Part shown: positions 47,914-58,876 of the stretch, one piece after another
Position numbering within the stretch: the stretch's first letter is position 1
How the letters are laid out: the number at the start of each line of letters is the position of its first letter
NCBI GenBank assembly: GCA_038146705.1
Contig: JAYQSB010000005.1
Location: forward strand, 10,628 to 74,627
DNA from: Candidatus Poseidoniales archaeon
Lineage (GTDB): Archaea > Thermoplasmatota > Poseidoniia > Poseidoniales > Poseidoniaceae
Length of the DNA stretch: 64,000 nt
Direction: 5' to 3'
Program-made: the position numbers and the translations under genes
The notes under the pieces: generated by a model
The model's input: only the letters and a program-made list of their open reading frames with translations
What the model was told of the DNA's origin: nothing
The model's database searches: none

Positions 47914-48007
47914 GTTCCTTTCATCTCACTGTAAACGAATCGAAAATGCGATGACTGTCATCAATTGAATACGAACTATCTATGTAGGGCGGCCTTCCCT
48001 CCTTGAC

Positions 48008-48637
48008 ATGATGGTCGAATTATACATGGCTCGAACATGCAAATGGGGAGTTCTCAAGGTCATCGGAGGAGATGTGTGGGAACACTCCGCTGATGTACTT
48101 GTTACACCAGCAAACAATCGATTGTCTGGTCGCGAAGGTCTTGATGCCATGATTCATCAAAAAGCTGGCAAAGAACTCACCCAAGTGACAAGGAATATTT
48201 GTCTAGAAATGAGAAAAATCAATGCCCCACCTTGTGCGGTAACTGAAAATGTTGTTACCGAGCCATATGCTCTCGCTGACCGATTCAAACACATCATCCA
48301 TGCCGTCGGTCCAGATTGTCGACGACCAAACCAAGATGATTCTCGCCGAGAACTCTTACCTGAGACCTACTACAACCTCTTTGATAGATTACGTGAACTC
48401 AAGGCTGAAAGCGTCATCGCACCACCATTATCTATGGGCATCTTCGGATTCCCACATCGAGAAGGTGCCCGAATAACATTGAGTGTCCTCCTAGGTATTT
48501 TGGATGGCGAAGAAGATTTTGGAATTAAAGAATACTCAATTGTTGTCAAAGAACGCAATTTCATTAGCAACATGAGAACGGTCTACAGAGAAGGTGAAGA
48601 TCAATTCCCTGGTATCGACACAACCAATGAAATTTAA
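48008..48637 (+). CDS. Macro domain protein
   Basis: GD, D..VTPAN..L, IH..AG, IIHAVGP, P.LSMGIFGFP. Confidence 0.88.
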   Translation: MMVELYMARTCKWGVLKVIGGDVWEHSADVLVTPANNRLSGREGLDAMIHQKAGKELTQVTRNICLEMRKINAPPCAVTENVVTEPYALADRFKHIIHAVGPDCRRPNQDDSRRELLPETYYNLFDRLRELKAESVIAPPLSMGIFGFPHREGARITLSVLLGILDGEEDFGIKEYSIVVKERNFISNMRTVYREGEDQFPGIDTTNEI

Positions 48638-49164
48638 TCCGCAGACGACCCTGCAAGTCTGTCTTCAGCCATCTGTAATTTCATTTTCACATCCTCAAGT
48701 TCCGCCCTAGCATTTTCGAGAGATGCGGCTTTCAAATTCCGTTCAACCGAAGCACGAAGACGTTCAACCGTTACAATTCGTTGATTCCTGTCTTTTGGCC
48801 GGGTGGATTCACTTCTCATCGTCATCAGCCATTCTTCAAGCAAGGCTCGCCCCCATTCTGGAGCTCTGAATTCTGCCGATAGAATGATACTTTGACTCAT
48901 GTGTCGGAATCGAACTTTGCCATCCTTTGCCCTATCCGCTTGAATAGAACCAACATTCCATCGAGATATTGGAATGTGCAAATGTTGTTCAAGTTGAAGT
49001 TCATCTTCCGAGGGAAACGAAAACACGGCAATGAGGACGCCACTTGAAAAACAAAAGAACATCTCGGTTTTTTCTTCTGTCTCTGACCACATCGTTGAAT
49101 GGGTCGCAATTTCCCCCCAAGATTCTAAACACCAGTTCTCGATGAGTGAACGTCTCGGATTCAT
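48634..49164 (-). CDS. Hypothetical protein with C-terminal coiled coil
   Basis: ORF fills the gap; heptad-like C-terminus. Confidence 0.6.
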   Translation of the reverse strand: MNPRRSLIENWCLESWGEIATHSTMWSETEEKTEMFFCFSSGVLIAVFSFPSEDELQLEQHLHIPISRWNVGSIQADRAKDGKVRFRHMSQSIILSAEFRAPEWGRALLEEWLMTMRSESTRPKDRNQRIVTVERLRASVERNLKAASLENARAELEDVKMKLQMAEDRLAGSSAD

Positions 49165-49236
49165 GTGATTGCAATCTAGCGACACGATTTGAAGGTTTCC
49201 TCTTTTTGATGTTCACAGTGAAGATTCAAAGAGGGC

Positions 49237-50736
49237 GTGTTCTTACGTGTAATGATGGCGGCTGAGGTTCAATCGAGCGTTGAATCGACATTGTGGCAAC
49301 CTTCATTCAATTTTGGACTCATTTTTACCCTTTTTGTAGCATGGTATATCTTTCTTAGAGTGCTCGAAAAAAATGGTACACTCGATCGATGGAATGCATC
49401 GAGAGCTTTGGGTTTCGTGCTTATGGTTCGAACCAATAAAGGCCAGAAAGCACTGGAAACAATTGCCAAACCGAGAAAATTTTGGAGAGTGTATGGTGAA
49501 ATTTCAGTTTGGGTTTGTAGCATTTCACTCGTTGCTGTTGCTTTACTTGTCATTCTTGCATTTGTGTCTTCGCTTCTTTCCCCTCAAACAGGTGAGCCAC
49601 CTGGTGCTTCAGAATTAATTGCCATTCCGGGATTAAATCCGGTCATACCTCTCGGTTGGGGAATTATTGCTTTCGTCGTCTCACTTGTAATTCATGAACT
49701 CGGGCACGGTTTACAGGCTCGGGCCCACGGTATGCGAGTAAGATCATTCGGGTTGCTTCAACTCGGTCCGCTTCCCCTCGGAGCGTTTGCTGAGCCACAA
49801 TATGAAGAATTGAGTCAGGCACCTCGAAGGGAACGATTACGAATGTTTGCAGCAGGGCCTGCGACCAATATTTTTGCAGCAGTGTTTTTCCTCATTATGC
49901 TCGGCCTTGTCGCCACGCAATTTACATCCACCAACGAACATGTCCATATTCAAGGGGTCGTTGTTGATGAGAGCGCTGACATTGCTGGAATGGAGCCTTG
50001 GGACATTATTATTTCAATCAATGAAAGTACGGTAGTAGACGTCCAACAATTTTACGATGTGATGGAAGGATATCAAGCAAATGATACCATATCTGTTCAT
50101 GTTCTTCATGTCAATGGTACCCAAGAAAATCTCACACTTATTTTAGGTGATAAATTCGAACATTACAAAGCACAAGGTTGGAGTGAAGAAAATTTAGAAT
50201 TGATTGGCATTGAAAAAGGCGACCCCTTTCTAGGTGTCGTAGGTATATCGGATGGCACGCAAGGTGTTGACCGATTAGCAGGACCACTCTCTCCAGAATG
50301 GGAAGGTGGATTAATCTCAAGAACAATTTCTCTTCCATTCCATTTCATCAATCTCCTCATCGTTCCTTTTGAATTTCAAGGCGTTGCAATTCATCCATTT
50401 GAAGAATCTAGACTAGCAGCATCTGATGGAATCCTTGCAAGCCTATTGGGACTTGGTGGTTTACTCTTTTTTGTTCACCTGTTCTTTTGGCTCATTTGGG
50501 TCAACATTCTTCTTGGATTCACGAATCTTATCCCTATTGTACCATTTGACGGGGGACATATGTTCAGAGACTTTGCTCATGGATGGCTGGACAGGTTCAA
50601 GCGCTTGAGAAGAAAATTAGGGCTGGGTGATACTCATCCGTTATGGGTCGAGCATTTTGCACAAAAGGCGACCAGTTTTTCATCACTCTTTTTATTCATC
50701 ATGTTGATGATAACGATACTCATACCTTACTTTTAA
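49237..50736 (+). CDS. Site-2 protease (M50) with PDZ domain
   Basis: HELGH, AGPATN, NLIPIVPFDGG; true start may be 49252 or 49255. Confidence 0.93.
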   Translation: MFLRVMMAAEVQSSVESTLWQPSFNFGLIFTLFVAWYIFLRVLEKNGTLDRWNASRALGFVLMVRTNKGQKALETIAKPRKFWRVYGEISVWVCSISLVAVALLVILAFVSSLLSPQTGEPPGASELIAIPGLNPVIPLGWGIIAFVVSLVIHELGHGLQARAHGMRVRSFGLLQLGPLPLGAFAEPQYEELSQAPRRERLRMFAAGPATNIFAAVFFLIMLGLVATQFTSTNEHVHIQGVVVDESADIAGMEPWDIIISINESTVVDVQQFYDVMEGYQANDTISVHVLHVNGTQENLTLILGDKFEHYKAQGWSEENLELIGIEKGDPFLGVVGISDGTQGVDRLAGPLSPEWEGGLISRTISLPFHFINLLIVPFEFQGVAIHPFEESRLAASDGILASLLGLGGLLFFVHLFFWLIWVNILLGFTNLIPIVPFDGGHMFRDFAHGWLDRFKRLRRKLGLGDTHPLWVEHFAQKATSFSSLFLFIMLMITILIPYF

Positions 50737-51358
50737 ACACCGTAGATTCAGTTCTACGTCGTTCTAATTCTGCAAAGATTTGACTCCGTTTTACAGCCTC
50801 ATCGAAGACATTAGTTTGTTCATTCGGCTCATCCACATGTTGATTGGAATCATAACAAATGAGTGAAATGAACTTATTGAGCGGCAAACCATCATCCCAA
50901 TTCAGATACACTGAACCCGTTCTCGTTGTTGGAAGTGGGGGTATCCGTTGAGCCAATTGCCACTGCTTTGCCGTGACGGCTCCTGTCTCAACTCGAAACA
51001 ATCGCCATGAGTCTCCTCGAACACCCTTACGTCGAAAAGCATACAATGGAAGCAATTCGCTTCGTTGACAATCTCTTCGAATCGCATTGTACTGTTCTCG
51101 AAGCCGTTCATCAAAATACAATTTTTCTGAATGGGAAGATTTGACTTCAATTGGAAAACTGTAATCACTCCTCGCTGCAAAAATATCGCCGCTTCCTTCG
51201 ATACCCGAGCCAGCTACACGTATCACAAAAAATGGTTTTTTGAGAACCATGCGCATTCGATTTTTTTCTTCAATTGAGCATGAACGAATGACGCCCTCGA
51301 CATTCTTCTTTTTTCCCGCCAATACAAGCCGTAATTCTCGCTCGTAATTTTGACCCAT
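50720..51358 (-). CDS. hjc: Archaeal Holliday junction resolvase
   Basis: G.NYEREL, R.AGSG, DIFA, IEVKS (PD-(D/E)xK). Confidence 0.85.
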   Translation of the reverse strand: MGQNYERELRLVLAGKKKNVEGVIRSCSIEEKNRMRMVLKKPFFVIRVAGSGIEGSGDIFAARSDYSFPIEVKSSHSEKLYFDERLREQYNAIRRDCQRSELLPLYAFRRKGVRGDSWRLFRVETGAVTAKQWQLAQRIPPLPTTRTGSVYLNWDDGLPLNKFISLICYDSNQHVDEPNEQTNVFDEAVKRSQIFAELERRRTESTVFKSKV

Positions 51359-51477
51359 GCATGCTCAACATCGTCAATCGTTCTTAGCCACTTCGGAGAA
51401 TTGACGCGATTTGTGTTCAATTTTCTATCAACAAAAAACACCGATAGGTTAGAAGAGAATTATGATGAGCCAGCACT

Positions 51478-52221
51478 GTGCACAGGGCATACATTCAAAC
51501 TGATGATTTTGTGATGTCATTTCGCCTCATGCAACGATTACGAGAAGAAAACATACGTTTTGAAGTATTGGAAATTGAAGAACCCGTGCCTGAATTTGGT
51601 GTTTTATTTACCGACAAAATAAAAAATTCTCATCTTAATTCTATTTTGGTGGATTCGGAAAACATAGATGAGGCGATAGAGGATTATTACAGAGCAGTTC
51701 ATCAAATCGATGAAACCTCATTGTTGACCATCGGTATTGATCCCGGTCCTCGTCCCGCTTGTGCGTGGAGAACCGACGCTACAATCGTCGGAGTTCAACA
51801 GACTGAATCGTTCGATGAGTTGTTTGAATTTCTATCAAAACTTGGTCGTCGTTACAGTACTCACTCAATTCAAGTAAAAATTGGCAACGGCTCCCCTCTG
51901 CATAGGGACCAAATTATCAACCGAAGTTTCCATCGTGGATATCGCGTCGAAATTATCGATGAAAAATCAACAAGTAAAGGCAGGAACAGACATGACCACA
52001 CTCAGGCCGCAGTCCGAATAGCAATGAAATCAGGTACTCTCGTCTTTGAGGAACGCACGATTGAACCAAGTAAAGGCGACCTGCGAAACATCCAACGAGA
52101 GAGTCGAGAAGTATCAGAAGGCAAGGTATCAATTTCTACTTCACTCGCATATTCTGTTGCTGTTGGAGAGTTGTCCCTTGATGAAGCCATCAAAAAGCAC
52201 AATCATTCTTCTTCAGCGTAG
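51478..52221 (+). CDS. Hypothetical protein with RNase H-like (YqgF/RuvC-like) domain
   Basis: IGIDPG, KIGNG, IDEKSTS, H..AA..IA. Confidence 0.65.
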   Translation: MHRAYIQTDDFVMSFRLMQRLREENIRFEVLEIEEPVPEFGVLFTDKIKNSHLNSILVDSENIDEAIEDYYRAVHQIDETSLLTIGIDPGPRPACAWRTDATIVGVQQTESFDELFEFLSKLGRRYSTHSIQVKIGNGSPLHRDQIINRSFHRGYRVEIIDEKSTSKGRNRHDHTQAAVRIAMKSGTLVFEERTIEPSKGDLRNIQRESREVSEGKVSISTSLAYSVAVGELSLDEAIKKHNHSSSA

Positions 52222-53105
52222 GTTTTTACCTCTTCAAATTCTGGTGAATTGGAAATAATTTTTATTGCTAATTTCTCGTAGACAACAGGTGCGATAAACA
52301 CCATACCGATGACGAGAAAGAGGAAGACAAATGATGAACTCGGGACATAGTATGTTCCTGGCGATGGTGGACCGCTAACCATCAATTTCACAGTGCCTAA
52401 CCAAGGTATTTCACCACCAGCCGTACCGATCATCCAAGACTCACGCACAGGACCATCCAATGACCCTCCCGAACTGATTACTCGACGCTGGTCAACAGAA
52501 CAGTGATTGTTATCGCCGAGGGTCAAGAATCCTGCATGCGTCGGTGTCCATTCCCGAATACTGAGATGCTGGGTTAATCCCTCGTGAGCCATCACTCCAA
52601 ATTTGCAGTCATAGCGTGCGTGTTGTTCGCCATCAAATTCAATGCTGATATTCTCAACGTCTGCTATTCCTGTTCCGGGAACCTGCCATGTCATGACACA
52701 GACTCCAAATTGACCGTCCACATTTAGCCACTCGGCGTCGTAAATCCCTCCATTAGGGCAAGGGTTGGTTGAATTATTTGTGGATGAAACGAAAGAGAAT
52801 GGCTGTACTTCGAGAATGGCTCGATGAATGATTGGTGTTTCTTCACCACCATTCTTCTTGAAAATAATCACATCACCATACATGCCATGCTGCTCATAAC
52901 CATAGGACGAAGAATCCGGGTTCGAAGCTTCTGCAAAGGTAATGATTTGGTCGAACGGTGTCGTGTGAACGAGGATTAAATCTCCTGCATCAATTGCGCC
53001 AACTTCACCATTTTCATTATGCATCATCGATTCTGATTCAACGACCACCAAGGGCGGCATTGAACCAGTGTGTGCCCACAACCCGAAGATGAGAAGGGCG
53101 ATCAT
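52203..53105 (-). CDS. Signal peptidase I (S26, Sec11-type)
   Basis: VVESESM, GDL, IIHRA, TLGDNN..D; reading frame extends upstream to a possible CTG start at 53165. Confidence 0.85.
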   Translation of the reverse strand: MIALLIFGLWAHTGSMPPLVVVESESMMHNENGEVGAIDAGDLILVHTTPFDQIITFAEASNPDSSSYGYEQHGMYGDVIIFKKNGGEETPIIHRAILEVQPFSFVSSTNNSTNPCPNGGIYDAEWLNVDGQFGVCVMTWQVPGTGIADVENISIEFDGEQHARYDCKFGVMAHEGLTQHLSIREWTPTHAGFLTLGDNNHCSVDQRRVISSGGSLDGPVRESWMIGTAGGEIPWLGTVKLMVSGPPSPGTYYVPSSSFVFLFLVIGMVFIAPVVYEKLAIKIISNSPEFEEVKTYAEEE

Positions 53106-53181
53106 CCCCGCAGCAAGAACGAATTCTGTAAGCAGAACAACGAATGGGTCTGCTTTTTTACTCAGGATTTCACACCCGTAT

Positions 53182-53586
53182 TTACTTTCGATACAATTTG
53201 TTGTCTTGAGCGAATTTCGTCCATTTTTCTAGGTGGCCTGCACCGAGTTCTTTTGCAGCCTGCTCTGCTTCTGACAACCTTTTTTTGAGTTCAGGCCGAC
53301 CTTCGATTGCCATCACTTCATCTAAAACAGCAACATGACCTTTGAAAACAAAAAACGTTGGAATAGAAACCATCATCAAGATTCCCGATATGACGAGGGT
53401 TCCGATAGCTAATCCTGTCATGTCTTGCCAGTCTGGATAATTTGGATTACCATTCATGAAAAGAAGTTGGTACCCACTCAACAAAAAAATGATCGTTGAA
53501 GCTCCACTAGCAATTGCTGAAATCTGATACTGGCGTCCATATTGATTCGCCCACAGACGCTCAAACAGACCTTGTTTTTCTGACAC
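53182..53586 (-). CDS. Small membrane protein (DUF3198-like)
   Basis: Two TM helices plus charged helical C-terminus; directly upstream of the signal peptidase. Confidence 0.55.
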   Translation of the reverse strand: MSEKQGLFERLWANQYGRQYQISAIASGASTIIFLLSGYQLLFMNGNPNYPDWQDMTGLAIGTLVISGILMMVSIPTFFVFKGHVAVLDEVMAIEGRPELKKRLSEAEQAAKELGAGHLEKWTKFAQDNKLYRK

Positions 53587-53713
53587 GCATTTTCCCCCTA
53601 TACTCCTGTTGACTCGTTTGAATTTTTAAGTATGTGCGAATTTGTATCTTGACCGATATGCGAATACTTGATATGGTATAGTTAGAATTAGCATTCACGC
53701 TTGAGGTCTACCT

Positions 53714-56700
53714 ATGCGCCGTGCCCTAATCCTCGTACTCATTTTCACCCTCTCGACAATGTCGCCATTGGCTTCTGGTGCCACGACTGAGACACAATTC
53801 AAAGATGGCACAACATCGTTCTCATACACATTCACAGGGACCGGCAACGGAACAGCAGGTGTTGTTTCCATGCCCTATGGTGCAGAAGTCACCGCTGCGA
53901 CCTTCAATTTAAACGGCGAAGCGAGTACAACATCTTGGATCAATTGGACCACTGATGACCACTACGGCGGAGCCGGCGATGCCTATGTTTCGAGCAGCGG
54001 TTACCTCCCTTCGCCGTACACATACACGTACCGACAAAATTTGGAAGTTGACAATCAAGTTATTTCTCTCGCAGGCACACCGACGACATCGTACGCTGGG
54101 TTTGACCAAACTTCTGATGTGAGTAACTTGAATAGTGCGACCATCAACACCTCTGGAGAATTCATAGCACTTGGCGACCAAGGTTACATTTCGCCAACGA
54201 AGAAGGTATCACAAACGCTGATTTCCCAAACATCTGGATACTACCGAGGACTTGTCGTTCCAATTTCTGACTATGAATATCATGTTTTGAGGTATTCTTC
54301 ATCCTACATCACCTCTTCACCGACAATTGAACGAGTGAACTCGTCAACAGGAGGCGTTATTGGTACTGCAACCCTAAGATATAACTCCGGTAACACAGGA
54401 TGCGGAACAACTGGGAACTACTATGACCTCACAGACGCAACGATATACAATGACACGGTGATGTACACCACATCTCGAAATTACTACATCCTTACAAAAT
54501 GGACCTATACCAACACGATGTGGACATGTCAGGCAAGTTACAACTTTGGTTCCTCAAACTACCTTACCGGCGTTGACTTTGATGATGCGACAGGCAAGAT
54601 GTATGTCGCCACATGGAACAGGAATAGTTACTATCATTACCTCAACGAAGTCAATCCTTCATCACCTACGGTGATCAATCAATCCTGGCTTATGACATAC
54701 AATTCCGACTACTACGCCTACGGTGCTGGCTTGGTGGTCAACATGCCAAATGTGATTTACAATATGTACAATCACCCTTCAGCATCAAATTCCGACCGAA
54801 AGAGTCACCACTACCACTACACCTACAACTCCAACAACGGATTCATCTACGAACAAGGCATCATTACCTCAACCGATGCTGGCCACTATGGACTCGTCGA
54901 TGGACCAGACAACACGATGTTTTTCGGGTGCCACTACATTTCCTACTGCACATCGAATTCGAGATACATCTACGAATACGGCGACGGTAGTCTCTTCGAT
55001 GCTCGTACGCCAAGTCAAACTTCGCAACTTGTCATTGGAAGTGCAATTTCTCTTACCCGTTCTGTCAACAAGGTATCCCTTGACGGCATTTTTGGTTACA
55101 TGCCTTATGGAACATCGATCGATATTGACTTATCCGTTGATGGTGGATCGACTTGGATTGCAGCAACCCCCGGTCAAACCATAACATTCCCTTCGTCTGG
55201 CCAATTCCTCGTATGGAGGGCGACCTTGAACGGTACGTCGAGTGTATCACCTGTTTTAGGTGACCTCGCTATGTCCTATGTCACAAGTTACCAATCCTCT
55301 GGGTATCTCTACGGATACGTGTATCAATGGGGGCAAACAAGTTCTGTTGTTGCTGCTTTCGCAAACTGGACCGAATCAGTGCCTTCAGGAACCAACATTA
55401 ACATCTATTTTGGCATTCAATCTTCGTCTTCCAGTTGCCAAAACTCGAACGGAAGGGTGCTCTTTACGCAACCGGGTCAAAATGTGAACATGCCGAGTGG
55501 AACCAGTTACTACACCTGTTTCAGATTAGAGATGAGTACATCGAATTCTGCGAACACTCCAACCCTCACCGACTTGAGAATCGCTCAATACTCCAACGCT
55601 CCAAAGGAGCCTGGAATCAATATTGACAAAGTCCAAGCCTACACTTGGCCAGCCAGCAATGGAGCCTTGCTCGGACAGCTAGAGGTGAAAAATCACGCGG
55701 GAATCATCAACGCGCTCAACGCAAAAATACCTGACCAAGGAGCAGGGATCGCTGACATCCAAATCGACCTTCGTTCAAAGTCAAGTGGAATTCTCTCCCT
55801 CGAATCATTTTCAATAACATACACAATGCAAACTGTGAATCTCGACATCACCATTCCTGAAAACACGATTCTTCATGAGCGTGCTACACCATACGAAGTC
55901 GTCTCTCGGCATGTGATCGGTGAAGATGCTTCTGGTATCAGTCAAGCTTCTTTGGAAATTCGAACCAACAGTATTGCTAATAACCCCACACTCTATTGGG
56001 AATCGGGAGATATTTTCCCTGCGCCGAATGACCCGGGCATGTACATCAGCGTTGACCAATCATCGTATTCAGTTGAAAACAATGGTATTCTCGAAATCCA
56101 TTGGAAATTCTACATTACATCAGATTTCCCTGACCAGAATGATGTCAAATTTAGAGTCGGATGCATGGACTCACAAGGCTTTGAACCTCTTCATTTGATG
56201 AGCAGTTATGGATTAAAAGTCAATCAAACCTACGGGCTTGGATGGCTTGAAGTTCGAGATAATGATGGAGAAGTCACCTCATTGGACGTTCCAGATGGTT
56301 CATGGGTAGCAGCAGGTGAAGCGCTCAAATTTACTGGAGCGATGTGGTTTATCGATTCTGAAGATGCTCCTAAAGACAGTGAATTCGATGTCAGAGTCTC
56401 AAGAAATGGTTACGTTGAAGCAACAGCGAGGGACACAACCAACAACAATGGTTCGTTCTTCATTTCTGTTGACTTACCAAACATCAACGTCCCTGACGGC
56501 ATGACATACGAAGTTCAAACCTACAACAACAAGAATCCTGACAAAGTCTTGCAACCAAATGCGGACTGGCGTCGAACATACAAGGTTGACGCTACGGCAC
56601 CAGAACGTATGGATGTCTATCCAAAGGAGGATTCGTACGAAGCTGCAAATCGAGAACAGGATGTGAAGATTCTCGTCAACGATGATGTTGGTCACCCAAT

Positions 56701-58798
56701 GGAACTTCGCTTGTTTTATTGGGTTGAATCCGACCACGACCTCAACAGAAATGGTATCGCTGATGACAATGAATATGCGAGCAAACTTGTATCAAACAAC
56801 ACCATTGCAAAGAACAAATGGTTCCTCACCACAATTGACACTTCAAGAAATCCAAACATGGGCCGAGTATCGTACTTCTGGGATGGTGGCGATCAAGCAG
56901 GAAACCCATTGCATTACACTGTCATGGATGATGACGATAACATCTTGAAATTTGAATCAGAACCTGGCTTCACGTATGACGATGCGACATTTAGGACTCG
57001 AAAGGACTCTGCAGCTATTTTCACTGGCTTAGATTGGGTTGGTCACAACGATGATGACTCAGTCTATGCCGGTTTAACACAAACAATTGAATTAGGATTC
57101 ATTGATGCAAACACTGTGATTGACTTTGAATTTATTTCCCTTGTCTTTGATTTCGAGGGACCAAATCCACTTCGTGATGCCCAAGCAATTTCCTATTCGG
57201 GCCGCAACAATACATTTTGGTCAGATTCACCGTACATCGAACTCCTTCCAACGAGCACCATGGTCGAAACAACGAACGAATCAGGATTGCCATGGATTAT
57301 CGTGACATTCCAATTTAAATTCTCATGGGACTGGCCTGACGAAGAAATGGGCGATGTCGCTCTTCTTTACAAGGAACTTGGCAATGCTGACCCATCAAGA
57401 ATCCTCTTGCTTGAGCATACATTCAGGGTCGAAAACGACCTTATGCTCGACCCAGAAATGTTCTCGGTCGAGGATATAAGCGAACCAAGAACTGGCCCAA
57501 TTGCCGATGGTACACGAGTTCGGAATGACGACCGATTGGCATTTACTGGAAGAGTTGTTTACGAAGGAAGCAATGTTGCTGCTCCAAGGGACGTTGGTAT
57601 TCTCGTCGAAGTCTTTGATGGAGAAAAACTGTGGAGTGATGGGTCCTTAACCAACGACGGCGGTTATGATGTCGAAGTCCCGCTATCATCAGCGAGTACC
57701 CTCCAGTCCTCACCAACGAGGACATGCCTCATCTCTATCACCAACATCCCTGGACGTGGGGAGGACATGACAGGAACATTAGTCTCAACGACACTACAGG
57801 TCATCGTTGACGATGCTGCTCCACGTGTCACTCGACGGATTGCTCCGCTGAACGTGATTGATATATCAGCCAACAACGACCTTTCCAAGGTACCAGTCGT
57901 GTTCCAAGGAACAGAAGATGCTGACCTCACAGGCTCAAAACAAACCGTTCATTGGGTGATGCGGGATTCAACACGAACGATCACCATCGGTGCAGGTTCG
58001 ACCTTGCTCGGAATGCAACAAGAGGACCAAATCGTTACCTGGACCGCAATTGTTGATTTGACAGATGGTGGAAGAATAACCCCTCGTGCAGGAGATTTCG
58101 TTGGATTCTACATCACTGGATGGGATGCTGCAGGTAATCAATTCCCAGTGGTCTCGAACTCTGAAGCAAGCCCAATTCCTGAACTCGCCGTAGATGATAC
58201 TGACTTTGAACGACAATGGATTCAACTCGGAGCAGTTGGGCCTGAATTGAGAATTCACTCTATTTCTGTCTCCGATGACCACGTATCGCCTGGTTCAGAT
58301 ATCACTGTTCGAACAACCATCGTCAACAATGGCGGAAATACTTCGTCTTTATTCAAGGTTGGATTTTACTCAGGCGATGATGCTGAACCATTCGATACTG
58401 TCACTATCAATGGTATCGAAAAGGGAGAAATGATTGATGTTGAAACACGCTGGACAACCGAAGATGGCGTCACCAGAGTACGTGTGGTTGTCGATTATGA
58501 TAATCTGATTCCCGAGGTGAATGACTTTGATAATTCAGCCGAGCATTCGATTGATATTGCATACGCACAGTACTTTGGTTGGTTTGATTCACCACGTGAA
58601 AATCCATTGGCTTGGATCTTTGTCTTTATCTCAATCATTACAGTTATCGCAGTCATCAGTATTGCATCAAGGACAAGCATCGACTATGGTGGAGGTGCAT
58701 TTGATGAAGAAGATGTTGAATGGGATGAAGATGTCTTCGAATCCGATGATGGCCTCGATGATGATGCTGATGAAGAAGATGAAGATGACGAAGATTGA
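53714..58798 (+). CDS. Giant secreted surface protein with CARDB domain, C-terminal TM and poly-acidic tail
   Basis: Signal peptide; Tyr/Ser/Thr-rich N-terminal half; D.AGN Ig-like motifs; VVVDYDNLIPEVNDFDN CARDB signature; D/E tail. Confidence 0.8.
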   Translation: MRRALILVLIFTLSTMSPLASGATTETQFKDGTTSFSYTFTGTGNGTAGVVSMPYGAEVTAATFNLNGEASTTSWINWTTDDHYGGAGDAYVSSSGYLPSPYTYTYRQNLEVDNQVISLAGTPTTSYAGFDQTSDVSNLNSATINTSGEFIALGDQGYISPTKKVSQTLISQTSGYYRGLVVPISDYEYHVLRYSSSYITSSPTIERVNSSTGGVIGTATLRYNSGNTGCGTTGNYYDLTDATIYNDTVMYTTSRNYYILTKWTYTNTMWTCQASYNFGSSNYLTGVDFDDATGKMYVATWNRNSYYHYLNEVNPSSPTVINQSWLMTYNSDYYAYGAGLVVNMPNVIYNMYNHPSASNSDRKSHHYHYTYNSNNGFIYEQGIITSTDAGHYGLVDGPDNTMFFGCHYISYCTSNSRYIYEYGDGSLFDARTPSQTSQLVIGSAISLTRSVNKVSLDGIFGYMPYGTSIDIDLSVDGGSTWIAATPGQTITFPSSGQFLVWRATLNGTSSVSPVLGDLAMSYVTSYQSSGYLYGYVYQWGQTSSVVAAFANWTESVPSGTNINIYFGIQSSSSSCQNSNGRVLFTQPGQNVNMPSGTSYYTCFRLEMSTSNSANTPTLTDLRIAQYSNAPKEPGINIDKVQAYTWPASNGALLGQLEVKNHAGIINALNAKIPDQGAGIADIQIDLRSKSSGILSLESFSITYTMQTVNLDITIPENTILHERATPYEVVSRHVIGEDASGISQASLEIRTNSIANNPTLYWESGDIFPAPNDPGMYISVDQSSYSVENNGILEIHWKFYITSDFPDQNDVKFRVGCMDSQGFEPLHLMSSYGLKVNQTYGLGWLEVRDNDGEVTSLDVPDGSWVAAGEALKFTGAMWFIDSEDAPKDSEFDVRVSRNGYVEATARDTTNNNGSFFISVDLPNINVPDGMTYEVQTYNNKNPDKVLQPNADWRRTYKVDATAPERMDVYPKEDSYEAANREQDVKILVNDDVGHPMELRLFYWVESDHDLNRNGIADDNEYASKLVSNNTIAKNKWFLTTIDTSRNPNMGRVSYFWDGGDQAGNPLHYTVMDDDDNILKFESEPGFTYDDATFRTRKDSAAIFTGLDWVGHNDDDSVYAGLTQTIELGFIDANTVIDFEFISLVFDFEGPNPLRDAQAISYSGRNNTFWSDSPYIELLPTSTMVETTNESGLPWIIVTFQFKFSWDWPDEEMGDVALLYKELGNADPSRILLLEHTFRVENDLMLDPEMFSVEDISEPRTGPIADGTRVRNDDRLAFTGRVVYEGSNVAAPRDVGILVEVFDGEKLWSDGSLTNDGGYDVEVPLSSASTLQSSPTRTCLISITNIPGRGEDMTGTLVSTTLQVIVDDAAPRVTRRIAPLNVIDISANNDLSKVPVVFQGTEDADLTGSKQTVHWVMRDSTRTITIGAGSTLLGMQQEDQIVTWTAIVDLTDGGRITPRAGDFVGFYITGWDAAGNQFPVVSNSEASPIPELAVDDTDFERQWIQLGAVGPELRIHSISVSDDHVSPGSDITVRTTIVNNGGNTSSLFKVGFYSGDDAEPFDTVTINGIEKGEMIDVETRWTTEDGVTRVRVVVDYDNLIPEVNDFDNSAEHSIDIAYAQYFGWFDSPRENPLAWIFVFISIITVIAVISIASRTSIDYGGGAFDEEDVEWDEDVFESDDGLDDDADEEDEDDED

Positions 58799-58876
58799 TT
58801 CAACATCATAACTTTACCTTCACACAAATCCTCAAGAAGGGTTGCCCATGGTTAACTCAAACGGGGTGGGGAGAGT

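Noticed and set aside
51478-52221. Transposase or IS element suggested by the RNase H-like IGIDPG motif
   Set aside because: No terminal repeats or transposase-specific motifs; embedded among housekeeping genes
48008-52221. Anti-phage defence island (macrodomain, nuclease, protease)
   Set aside because: Hjc, S2P and the macrodomain are explicable as housekeeping genes, alternate in strand, and show no operon or compositional anomaly that I can see
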